The translations under genes were made by a program, and so were the position numbers. Positions 20,816-29,692 of a DNA stretch of 64,000 nucleotides are shown piece after piece (position 1 is the first letter of the stretch; the number at the start of each line of letters is the position of its first letter). The DNA is from an uncultured bacterium (GTDB taxonomy: Bacteria; JAGOEH01): assembly GCA_964632485.1 (NCBI GenBank), contig CAZWDO010000004.1, positions 124,001 through 188,000 on the forward strand, read 5' to 3'. The notes beneath the pieces were generated by a model. That model was not told the DNA's origin. It did no database searches and worked only from the letters and a program-made list of their open reading frames with translations.

Positions 20816-21727
20816 TCACAAGATTAATTCTTTTTCAAATTTTACTGACTGATTATTACATTTTAAAAGAATAGTATTTTGATAATAGCGTGGTAGTATT
20901 GGTAAATCAAAATCTAGATTAATCTTTTTATACTCATTTTGAGCCAGAGAATAGATTTCATTATTTTTAGCGTAATTTATTAATCCCTGTTTTGATTCTC
21001 TAACTTCAATACTAAAATCATTTTTTGATAAGATCAATTTCCCATTTCCCATATTTTTAATAATTAATTCGCAAGACAGTTGATCATTTTCTTTTTTCCA
21101 TTGCCCATCGATCCAGATTTTACCTCCCTCATCTACTTGTGTGAATTTGCCAAATCCGTTTTTTTCAATTGAAGGAAATATTTGATTTTCAGTTTGGTTA
21201 GTTATAAATGTTTTTTTCTTTTCTGAATAATAAAAAGTAATCCAATCTGTCTCTTCAATCGGGTTCTCCCACTGATAAACCAAATAAAATTTTTTTAAGC
21301 GCATTATCTCCTGGGGTAAAAATAAATATAATAGCTTTTCAGCTCTTTTTTTAGACCCGTAGGGGGTTACCAGTTTTTTTGATCCCAAAAAAAGCGGTGA
21401 ATATACTTTATAATCTGTTTTTATATAAACAGTCAATTCATTTAATTTTTTTTTCATTTTTTGATCCCTGAAAAATAATATTTTATTTTTATCAATTCGG
21501 GAAATCAATGACGGTACATCCAATGTTATTATAATTAAGGGAGATCGATCCCATTGTAAAGGATGATAACCAATATAGTAATCAAATTCCATTTCAGTAA
21601 CGGATTGGGGTAAGGAAATTTTTTCCTGATCAGGGGAAAAAAATACTGCTTTTAGCCCGTTCATTTCACTTAAACTTAATGAGAAAAAAAACAAAAATAA
21701 TACTATTATTAGAATACTTTTGCTCAT
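20816..21727 (-). CDS. Hypothetical exported protein
   Basis: Long ORF; signal peptide MSKSILIIVLFLFFFSLSLS; ATGA overlap with the upstream stop. Confidence 0.7.
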   Translation of the reverse strand: MSKSILIIVLFLFFFSLSLSEMNGLKAVFFSPDQEKISLPQSVTEMEFDYYIGYHPLQWDRSPLIIITLDVPSLISRIDKNKILFFRDQKMKKKLNELTVYIKTDYKVYSPLFLGSKKLVTPYGSKKRAEKLLYLFLPQEIMRLKKFYLVYQWENPIEETDWITFYYSEKKKTFITNQTENQIFPSIEKNGFGKFTQVDEGGKIWIDGQWKKENDQLSCELIIKNMGNGKLILSKNDFSIEVRESKQGLINYAKNNEIYSLAQNEYKKINLDFDLPILPRYYQNTILLKCNNQSVKFEKELIL

Positions 21728-22302
21728 GGAATATCTCCCTTTCTCCAAGTATATACGACATGATCATCCCATGTGGCTACCATTAGTTTTAGCCATTCAG
21801 TATCTTCATTTTTCATTTCTTTTGGAAAAATTAAACCAAAAGTAATTTCCCAGCTAGGCTCATCATATATATGACCATCTGCATGAATGGGTTTATACTG
21901 AGGATGTGTTCCTTCACCAATAAGTTCAGGCTTACATCGTTCCATTCGATCATTCATTAAAACAAAACTTTCACGTAAATCAATCAATAAATTTTGCATT
22001 GATTTTGAACGGGCTGTAATATTGAACCAAATATGATTTTCCGCATATTTTACATAACGTCGAAGGGAAGACTTTGCAACTCCTTTATCAAATCCTTTAT
22101 CTCTTATATAGTTACGATAGTACTGATCAATATGATCCGGAGTATTATATTCAATAATATATGAAATTTGACGATCCTTATTAACTCGATCGTATAATTC
22201 ACTCAATTCAGTATAATATTCACCTCCATAGTCATAATATCGATGAAAACAATTCAATGTAAAAATCGATCCAAAAACAATGATCCATCCTATATAACGC
22301 AT
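21724..22302 (-). CDS. Hypothetical putative lipoprotein
   Basis: AGGAGA RBS before ATG at 22302; lipobox-like MRYIGWIIVFGSIFTLN-C. Confidence 0.65.
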   Translation of the reverse strand: MRYIGWIIVFGSIFTLNCFHRYYDYGGEYYTELSELYDRVNKDRQISYIIEYNTPDHIDQYYRNYIRDKGFDKGVAKSSLRRYVKYAENHIWFNITARSKSMQNLLIDLRESFVLMNDRMERCKPELIGEGTHPQYKPIHADGHIYDEPSWEITFGLIFPKEMKNEDTEWLKLMVATWDDHVVYTWRKGDIP

Positions 22303-22351
22303 AATTTCTCCTTTGAATAACGTTTCTTTAAAATTATGCATTTTATATGCC

Positions 22352-22384
22352 AAAAAAAAAAGCCTTCTTCGAAAAGAAGGCTTT
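22352..22384 (-). terminator. Rho-independent terminator
   Basis: Minus strand aaagccttctt-TTCG-aagaaggc followed by T10. Confidence 0.88.
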
Positions 22385-22402
22385 AATATGGAACCTATTT
22401 AG

Positions 22403-22792
22403 TTATTTTTCGTCATCCTCATCAACCCACTCTTCATCATCTTCATCGTCCCAATCCTCATCATCTTCATCGTCCCAATCCTCATCATCCTCATCGTCCC
22501 ACTCTTCATCATCCTCATCGTCCCACTCTTCATCATCCTCATCATCCCACTCTTCATCATCCTCAACTAGGTCCTCATCTGTTTCCTCAGCGGATTTTGC
22601 AATCGCTTTATAGGAAATAGTCTCATCCTCCTTAATAACTAACCAATTTGCATTATTAACGAATTGAGTTATCGAAACATGATTCAGTTTATTTGTTTCA
22701 TCAAGATATGAAAACATACTGATATTGTTAAGAACATCAGTAAAAAATAATTGATTACTTTCACCGGAATTAGAACAAGTTAAATGCTGCAT
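22403..22792 (-). CDS. Small protein with a highly acidic tandem-repeat tail
   Basis: AGGAG RBS, its own terminator, and a C-terminal (WDDEDDEE/D) repeat of about 6 copies. Confidence 0.75.
   Translation of the reverse strand: MQHLTCSNSGESNQLFFTDVLNNISMFSYLDETNKLNHVSITQFVNNANWLVIKEDETISYKAIAKSAEETDEDLVEDDEEWDDEDDEEWDDEDDEEWDDEDDEDWDDEDDEDWDDEDDEEWVDEDDEK
22411..22564. repeat. 24-bp coding tandem repeat, about 6 copies
   Basis: Unit approximately cccactcttcatcatcctcatcgt with few substitutions and no spacers. Confidence 0.9.
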
Positions 22793-22859
22793 AATAACTC
22801 CTTTTTAATTTTTGCTAATTTACTATATTTCAATTTGAAAGTCAAGACCAAAATCTATT

Positions 22860-23236
22860 CTATTTATCAAAAATCTTTAGGTTTCAAAATATAATATTGA
22901 GTAACATTTCTAATTTGAAAATTTTTATTTAAAGAATTAATATTAAGTTAAATTTATAGTAATAGTTTAAATATTTATTATAGAGGCTTAAAAATGTTGA
23001 TAAATTTTTAACCTGCGTGTTTATAGAAGATTAGCTCAATTCAATTTTTAAAATTTAGAATAGTTGTTAACATTTTAAATTTAATTGGAAATTTTTTTTA
23101 TTTTGCCCACTGAATAGGCACACTCTATACACATTCAAAACAGGTGATATTATTGTAATTTTATATTGGAGCTATTATTATAATGTGGATAGTATGTTAA
23201 TAGAGTGATATTTGATTTATAATTTTTTAAAAATAG
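22860..23236. promoter_or_regulatory. Candidate chromosomal replication origin oriC
   Basis: Very AT-rich intergenic region downstream of dnaA. DnaA-box-like 9-mers at 22995-23003 (TTATCAACA, minus), 23018-23026, 23125-23133 (CTATACACA) and 23184-23192 (CTATCCACA, minus); trio-like repeats at about 22953-22982. Confidence 0.72.
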
Positions 23237-24580
23237 TTACTGATTAATTTCTATCAGATGAATTATATGTTCAATTTGTTTTTTAAAATCATTCGATTCA
23301 TTCATCATTTTAGCAATTCGATCACAGGCATTGAGCACTGTTGAATGATCACGACGGCCAAATTTCATTCCAATCGTAATTAATGTTTCTCTTGATAATT
23401 CACGAGAAAGATACATAGCAATCATTCGAGGAACGGCTATATTAGTTTTTCTTCCTCTGTCTAAAAGATTGTTTTGATTAATATTAAAAAAAGAGGACAC
23501 TATTTTTTGAATCATTTCAATTGAATATTTTTCATTTTTTCTTGGAATTAAATCTTTTAATACCTCTTTGCACAGATCAAGTGTAATAGGCAGATCAGAT
23601 AAGGAATAGAAAGCGCTTAGGCGAGTAATAATTCCTTCAAGTTCCCTGATATTATTTTTAAATTGATTCGCTAAATAATATAACGTATCCTCATCTAAAT
23701 TAAAATTATGATTTTCCAGTTTCTTTTTTAAAATAGCAATTCGTGTTTCCAAATCGGGAGGTTGAATATCAACCACTAGTCCCCATTGAAAGCGTGTGAT
23801 CAAACGATCATTTATATCTTTAATTTCATTAGGAGCTCGGTCAGAAGTTAGGACAATTTGTTTTCCTGCTTCATGAAGATGATTAAAAGTATGAAAAAAT
23901 TCAACTTGAGTTCCTTCTTTGCCAGATAAAAAATGGATATCGTCAATTAACAGCAAATCTATATTATTAAAATAGCGATTAAAATCCAATATAGATTGTT
24001 GTTGTACTGCATTTATGAAAAAATTCATAAATGCTTTTGATGAAAGATAGCAGATATTTAGATTACTATTTTTTAATAGGCAATAATTGCCTATAGATTG
24101 TAAAAGATGAGTTTTGCCCAAACCTGAGGAACCATAGATAACCAAGGGATTATATGCAGCATAGTAGAGAAAATCAGCAACTTTTTGGGATGCTGCAAAA
24201 GCAAATTGGTTACAATCCCCCACTACAAAATTAGTAAAAGTATAACGGTTGTTCAATTGACTTTGCATTGTAATTTCATTTACCGGCGGTTCAAAGAAAT
24301 TCATTTTTTCCTGAACAACGGGAAATTTTTCTTTAGGAATATCTTCCCCTTTAAAAATAAGTTTTAAATTTTTACCGGTTATTTGCGCCAGGGTTTGTTG
24401 GATAATGGTATAATAATGTTCTTGTATCCAATCCGCAATAAACTGATTTTTTACAGTTAAGTAAACTTTTTCATTATCCATATTGTCAAGTTCTACTTGG
24501 CGAAACCAAGAATCTACAGTAGCCTTAGTAATTTTATTTTCGAGCTGATTTAAACACGTTGACCAAATTTTTTTATACAT
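23237..24580 (-). CDS. dnaA: Chromosomal replication initiator DnaA
   Basis: YTFTNFV, YNPLVIYG, GLGKTHL, LLIDDI, EFFHTFN, NIRELEG, RRDHSTV. Confidence 0.98.
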   Translation of the reverse strand: MYKKIWSTCLNQLENKITKATVDSWFRQVELDNMDNEKVYLTVKNQFIADWIQEHYYTIIQQTLAQITGKNLKLIFKGEDIPKEKFPVVQEKMNFFEPPVNEITMQSQLNNRYTFTNFVVGDCNQFAFAASQKVADFLYYAAYNPLVIYGSSGLGKTHLLQSIGNYCLLKNSNLNICYLSSKAFMNFFINAVQQQSILDFNRYFNNIDLLLIDDIHFLSGKEGTQVEFFHTFNHLHEAGKQIVLTSDRAPNEIKDINDRLITRFQWGLVVDIQPPDLETRIAILKKKLENHNFNLDEDTLYYLANQFKNNIRELEGIITRLSAFYSLSDLPITLDLCKEVLKDLIPRKNEKYSIEMIQKIVSSFFNINQNNLLDRGRKTNIAVPRMIAMYLSRELSRETLITIGMKFGRRDHSTVLNACDRIAKMMNESNDFKKQIEHIIHLIEINQ

Positions 24581-24678
24581 TTTTACCTTCTTTAGAGATC
24601 ATTGATAATAAGAAAAAAAATTTAAAAGTCAAGCCTTTTATTTCAAAAAAAAATATTGAGTGTATGGGCTTTTTATCA

Positions 24679-24707
24679 TTGACAAACCAGTTTTTTTTTT
24701 ATATAAT
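24679..24707 (+). promoter_or_regulatory. Consensus sigma70 promoter of skp (divergent from dnaA)
   Basis: TTGACA-N17-TATAAT. Confidence 0.8.
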
Positions 24708-24738
24708 TAAAGATTAAATTTAAAAAAAGGAGTGTTGT

Positions 24739-25263
24739 ATGTTAAAAAAGTTTTTTGCTGGCATGGTGTTAATTTATTTTATGTCGACAATTTCCTTAAT
24801 GGCGCAAATAAAAATTGCCTATGTTGATATTATGAAAATCAGGGAAGAATATCAGGAATTTAAAAATGCTGAGATAACATTTCAAAAGGAAATGGAATCC
24901 GTTCAGACACGAATCAAAAATAAGGAAATGGAGATACAGAGCCTCCAAAAAGAAATAGAAGCTCAATCAATGTTATTATCAGAAGAAAAGAAAAAGGAGA
25001 AAGAGAAAAAATACGGTGAATTGGTTCAGCAGTATCAAAGTATGGTACAGGAAGAACAAGAAAAGGCTTCACGCAGAGAAGGTGAATTATTAGAACCCAT
25101 TCAGAAGAAATTAAAAATTGCTATTAATAATGTAGCTGTTAAAGAGGGATTTGATTTTGTATTGGACATCTCCAATCTATATTATGGAAAAGATGCCTGG
25201 GATGTAACCAATCAGGTTATTCGTGAATTAGGCAGCGTTAAATTGCCTCTAAATAATAAGTAA
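24739..25263 (+). CDS. skp: OmpH/Skp periplasmic chaperone
   Basis: Signal peptide, KIAYVD, long coiled coil, GFDFVLD, DVTNQV. Confidence 0.9.
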   Translation: MLKKFFAGMVLIYFMSTISLMAQIKIAYVDIMKIREEYQEFKNAEITFQKEMESVQTRIKNKEMEIQSLQKEIEAQSMLLSEEKKKEKEKKYGELVQQYQSMVQEEQEKASRREGELLEPIQKKLKIAINNVAVKEGFDFVLDISNLYYGKDAWDVTNQVIRELGSVKLPLNNK

Positions 25264-25271
25264 AATCTATA

Positions 25272-25287
25272 TGTTCCACGTGGAACA
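25272..25287. promoter_or_regulatory. parS site (ParB loading site)
   Basis: Perfect intergenic palindrome TGTTCCACGTGGAACA matching the widespread parS consensus. Confidence 0.9.
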
Positions 25288-25298
25288 TTGATATAGAT

Positions 25299-26042
25299 AT
25301 GTCTGCTTATGTTATTAGTGCGCATCAACCCAATTATCTGCCTTATACCGGGTATTTTAAAAAAATATCCATGGCGGATCAGTTTATAATTATTACTAAA
25401 AAAAAAATAAATCACAAAAGCTGGCAAAATAGGAATCGGTTGCTAAATCAAAAGAAAATTGATTGGCTTACGGTTCCTATTTTAATTAAGAATACAGTAA
25501 ATGAAAATTTATACAATATTCGAATTAATCAGGATCTAAATTGGCAAAACAAGCATTACAAATCGATTTGGTATAATTATCATCGGTATCCATTTTTTTT
25601 TGAAATTGAGGAATTTCTTAATCAACTCTACAATAAAAAAAAATGGCGCTGGTTATGGGAATTGGATTGGGAAATTATTAAAAATTTAGCGCATTTATTA
25701 CATATTAAAACTCCAATTATAACGGATGAGAACATTGAATGGAGTACGAGCAAAACACATTTTTTAGTTGAGATCACAAAACATTTTGGGGGAAATACGT
25801 ATTTATCCAGTCCTAATGCCTTGCAGTACATAGATTCTAATGTTTTTTCATCCAATCAAATTTTTCATTTATATATGATTTATCGAAATGATTTAATGAA
25901 AAATTCAGAAAATAATGAACCTAAAAATCTCAGTATTATTGATCGCTTGTGCCGTTATGGGATAGATGCAACCTATAAACATATCTATCAAGAACATTAT
26001 TATTTTCAACAAATTGATCAATTGTGGGAAGTAGCGCATTGA
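25299..26042 (+). CDS. WbqC-family protein
   Basis: AHQPNYLPYTGYF, WQNRNR, WLTVP, LSIID. Confidence 0.85.
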   Translation: MSAYVISAHQPNYLPYTGYFKKISMADQFIIITKKKINHKSWQNRNRLLNQKKIDWLTVPILIKNTVNENLYNIRINQDLNWQNKHYKSIWYNYHRYPFFFEIEEFLNQLYNKKKWRWLWELDWEIIKNLAHLLHIKTPIITDENIEWSTSKTHFLVEITKHFGGNTYLSSPNALQYIDSNVFSSNQIFHLYMIYRNDLMKNSENNEPKNLSIIDRLCRYGIDATYKHIYQEHYYFQQIDQLWEVAH

Positions 26043-26051
26043 AAAGGATTA

Positions 26052-27077
26052 TTGATGAATAATTGGTATAATGAACTCAATCAGGTTTCCTTAATCAATG
26101 GCGACATTGAACTTGAAAATCAACTTAGACCGCAAGGTTTAACTGATTTTACAGGGCAACAATTAGTTTTAGACAAACTTAAAATTTTTATTGAAGCCGC
26201 CCGCCAACGGAATGAACATCTCGATCATATTTTGTTCCACGGTCCTCCGGGTTTAGGTAAAACAACTCTAAGCTCAATTATAGCCACTGAGATGGGAACA
26301 CAATTTAAAGCCACAACCGGTCCTGTAATGGATAAAGCGGCAGATTTAGCCGGTATTCTAACCAATCTGCAAAAAGGCGATATTCTGTTTATTGATGAAA
26401 TCCATCGGATGAATCGCGTTGTCGAGGAATACCTGTATTCGGCTATGGAAGATTATTGTCTTGATATTATGATTGATAAAGGCGCCAATGCCCGTTCAAT
26501 TCGGATCCAATTAAAACCGTTTACGCTTGTAGGCGCTACGACTCGTATCGGATTATTGACAGCTCCTATGCGCTCACGGTTTGGAATTATTTTACGTCTG
26601 GATTACTACGATCAGGAAGCGCTAACTAAAATTATTCTACGCTCGGCTGATTTGTTGCATATTGCTATTGAGCATAAAGGCGCCCAGGAAATTGCAAAAC
26701 GGGCCCGAGGGACTCCTCGTATTGCTAATCGTCTTTTAAAACGGGTACGTGATATCGCCCAAATAAAAGGCAATGGAACCATCTCCCATCGCCTGGCTCA
26801 GGAAGGTATGGATTTGTTGGGGATTGATGAATTGGGTTTAGATGAAATGGATAAATTAATATTGACTACTATCGCACAAAAATTTAATGGGGGACCCGTA
26901 GGACTTTCGACTCTTGCGATTGCGGTCAGTGAGGAAAAAGAGACGCTGGAGGAGGTTTATGAACCCTATCTCATTCAGTTGGGCTTACTTGAACGTACTC
27001 CACGAGGACGATTGCTGACAGTCTCGGCTTTCAATGTACTTGGGTTACCTGTCCCTGGTCAAGGACGATTGTTTTGA
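26052..27077 (+). CDS. ruvB: Holliday junction branch migration helicase RuvB
   Basis: LRP, GPPGLGKTT, FIDEIHR, GATTR, RGTPRIANRLL, EPYL, RTPRGR. Confidence 0.98.
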   Translation: MMNNWYNELNQVSLINGDIELENQLRPQGLTDFTGQQLVLDKLKIFIEAARQRNEHLDHILFHGPPGLGKTTLSSIIATEMGTQFKATTGPVMDKAADLAGILTNLQKGDILFIDEIHRMNRVVEEYLYSAMEDYCLDIMIDKGANARSIRIQLKPFTLVGATTRIGLLTAPMRSRFGIILRLDYYDQEALTKIILRSADLLHIAIEHKGAQEIAKRARGTPRIANRLLKRVRDIAQIKGNGTISHRLAQEGMDLLGIDELGLDEMDKLILTTIAQKFNGGPVGLSTLAIAVSEEKETLEEVYEPYLIQLGLLERTPRGRLLTVSAFNVLGLPVPGQGRLF

Positions 27078-27655
27078 AGAAAAAAGAATTATTATTGCAT
27101 ATTTGCTGCGCTCCTTGCTTGATTGTACCTCATCTTTATCTGAGTGATAATTTTAATATTCGGGGATTGTGGTATAATCCAAATATTCATCCGCTTTCGG
27201 AATATTTAAAACGCTTGGAGGCGCTGGAAAAATTTTCCTTAGATAAAAATATTGAAGTTATTTTCCAATCTGAGTATGCTCTTTTTGAGTTTTTCCAGAA
27301 ATGTGTCTTTAGGGAAGAACAAAGATGTTTATTTTGCTATGAACAACGCTTGCTAAAAACGGCCCGGATTGCCAAAAATGGAAACTTTGATTGCTTTAGT
27401 ACGACATTGCTACAAAGTCACCAGCAGGACCGACCCTTAATTATTCAATTAGGCATGGATATTGCCAAAAAATTTGATATAGAATTCTTCTGCTATGATT
27501 TACGATCAAATTGGTCAGAAGGTGTGGCTATCTCCAAAGAAACAGGCCTGTATCGACAGCAATATTGCGGTTGTATTTATTCGGAGTATGATCGGTATAA
27601 GCAGGACTTAATGAAAAAAAAGGAATTGTTGCGAAATGGATCTAACAAAATTTGA
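27074..27655 (+). CDS. queH: Epoxyqueuosine reductase QueH (DUF208)
   Basis: LHICCAPC, YNPNIHP, RCLFCY, YRQQYCGC. Confidence 0.92.
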   Translation: MKKKELLLHICCAPCLIVPHLYLSDNFNIRGLWYNPNIHPLSEYLKRLEALEKFSLDKNIEVIFQSEYALFEFFQKCVFREEQRCLFCYEQRLLKTARIAKNGNFDCFSTTLLQSHQQDRPLIIQLGMDIAKKFDIEFFCYDLRSNWSEGVAISKETGLYRQQYCGCIYSEYDRYKQDLMKKKELLRNGSNKI

Positions 27656-28685
27656 TTTTAATTTACCATCGGAATTGATAGCGCAATACCCGGTTGATAA
27701 ACGAGACCATAGCCGCTTGTTGATCGCTCATAAAGATACATTAACTATTGAACACCGCTTTTTTTATGATCTACCGGAATATCTGACAAATGAAAATTTA
27801 TTGATATTGAATAAGAGCCGCGTAATCCCGGCACGGTTGTATACAAACGAAAAAAATGGACAAAACCAGCTTGAATTTCTCTTAGTAAAAAAAACCAACG
27901 ATCATTGCTACGAAGCGATGGTTAAACCGGGAAGGAAAGCGAAAATAGGACAGCGCTTTGATTTTTCTAAAAAAAACTCTATTTTAACAGGCGCCATTGA
28001 GGCAATTTTAGAAAATGGAAATCGAATCATTAATTTTCAATCGCCTGTTGAAATTGAAAAATCAATTCTAGCCTTAGGCCAAATACCACTACCTCCCTAT
28101 ATTCAACGGGAAGTGCAGTCTATTGATACCCATCGATATCAAACTGTCTTTGCTGAATATGACGGATCGATTGCCGCTCCGACGGCAGGTTTGCATTTTA
28201 CTTCTGATTTAATCGATAAGCTGATGATGAATGGAGTTGGAATTGATTATATTACCTTGCATGTGGGGCCCGGGACATTTAAACCGGTAAAAACGAAACA
28301 GATTGAAGATCATGTCATTTCGCAAGAGGAGTTTTTTATCGAATCCGATGTTTTACAGCGTTTAAGAGAAACAAAAAAAAACAAAAATAAAAAAATTACG
28401 GCAGTTGGAACAACAGCAACTCGGACTCTTGAAACATTAGCGCCATGGATTCTTAATGATAATGAACTGGAACAAATTCCTCATAAAACTGATATTTACA
28501 TTTATCCACCATATACATTTGGTGTAGTTGATCAACTAATCACTAACTTCCATCTACCCAAATCATCGTTGTTCATTTTGGTATGCGCGTTTTGTGGACT
28601 GGATTTTGCGCATCAAATTTATCAAGAGGCGATCGCTAAACGCTATCGGTTTTATAGTTACGGCGATGCAATGTTAATTTTATGA
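27636..28685 (+). CDS. queA: S-adenosylmethionine:tRNA ribosyltransferase-isomerase
   Basis: LIAQYP, VIPARL, PLPPYI, YQTVFA, AAPTAGLHF, TNFHLPKS, FYSYGDAM. Confidence 0.97.
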   Translation: MDLTKFDFNLPSELIAQYPVDKRDHSRLLIAHKDTLTIEHRFFYDLPEYLTNENLLILNKSRVIPARLYTNEKNGQNQLEFLLVKKTNDHCYEAMVKPGRKAKIGQRFDFSKKNSILTGAIEAILENGNRIINFQSPVEIEKSILALGQIPLPPYIQREVQSIDTHRYQTVFAEYDGSIAAPTAGLHFTSDLIDKLMMNGVGIDYITLHVGPGTFKPVKTKQIEDHVISQEEFFIESDVLQRLRETKKNKNKKITAVGTTATRTLETLAPWILNDNELEQIPHKTDIYIYPPYTFGVVDQLITNFHLPKSSLFILVCAFCGLDFAHQIYQEAIAKRYRFYSYGDAMLIL

Positions 28686-29692
28686 AATTGACAGATATTA
28701 CTAAAAGTATTCAATCGGGTGTTCATCTACTGTTAGTTAGCGGTGAAGAATGGTTTCTTAAACAAAATGTCGTTAGTCATCTAAAGAATACATTGCTTAA
28801 TTCTGAAATGAAAGATTTTAATTATTCAAAGTATTATGGTGAAGAAACGAAGTTGAAAGATTTAATCGCAAGCTGTCAAACTATTCCTTGGAATGATGCA
28901 TATCGATTAGTGCTTTTATATAATTGTGACGCAATGAAAGAATCTGATCAAAAAAATTTGATGGAACAACTTAAATATATCCCGGCCGAAACCATTATAA
29001 TTATGGAAGGGAAAAAATTTTCGGTGGGTGTTCAAAAAATATTTAAGCAGCAAAAGAATGCTCTCTATATAGAATTTAAAAAGTACTATGAATCAAAAAT
29101 TCGTGATTGGTTGGTGGATCGAGCTTTTCACTCCTACAAACGAAAACTGACACCGGAAGCCGCATGGTGGTTAACGATCATAGTTGGGACAGATTTAAGC
29201 ATTCTTGATAAGGCGTTAGAGAAAATCGATATCTATTTGCCGCCGCAAGCCTATATTGATCAGGCTGTGGTCAAAAAATTATGTGAAATCAGTAAAACCT
29301 ATAGCATTTTTAACTTAATGGATGCTATTGTTGAACGTAAAGCGGGATTTGCTATTACAATTTTAAATCATTTGCTTCAGGATGGTATGCAACCCTTAGT
29401 TATTTTTACAATGTTATATAAATTAGTGGGGCAATTATATGCCGTCAATGAGGGTATTCGGCTAAAGTTATCTGAAAGTGATATGATGCGTCAAAGTGGA
29501 ATTGTGAGTTTCAATTTTACAAAATACGCTAAGCGGGCAAGCGAAATTAGCGCTGTTCAATTTAATAATATCATGCTTTTATGTATGTCATGTGATTTAG
29601 CCTATAAATCAGGTTGGAAAAAAAATAGTTATTATCTTGAACGTTTAGTGTTGGAGTTGGTGTTTCCTGAATTAGTTTTTAACTCTATTTAG
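28682..29692 (+). CDS. holA: DNA polymerase III delta subunit
   Basis: LLVSGEE, DFNY, LEKI, IFNLMDAI, DLAYKSG, LERLVLEL; typical length. Confidence 0.85.
   Translation: MKLTDITKSIQSGVHLLLVSGEEWFLKQNVVSHLKNTLLNSEMKDFNYSKYYGEETKLKDLIASCQTIPWNDAYRLVLLYNCDAMKESDQKNLMEQLKYIPAETIIIMEGKKFSVGVQKIFKQQKNALYIEFKKYYESKIRDWLVDRAFHSYKRKLTPEAAWWLTIIVGTDLSILDKALEKIDIYLPPQAYIDQAVVKKLCEISKTYSIFNLMDAIVERKAGFAITILNHLLQDGMQPLVIFTMLYKLVGQLYAVNEGIRLKLSESDMMRQSGIVSFNFTKYAKRASEISAVQFNNIMLLCMSCDLAYKSGWKKNSYYLERLVLELVFPELVFNSI

Noticed and set aside
22411-22564. Regular repeats as a possible CRISPR array
   Set aside because: Head-to-tail 24-bp units with no unique spacers, in frame within a CDS, and no cas genes nearby.
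22347-22613. Ser-rich plus-strand ORF (88 aa)
   Set aside because: Antisense shadow of the acidic repeat; the RBS and terminator support the minus-strand gene.
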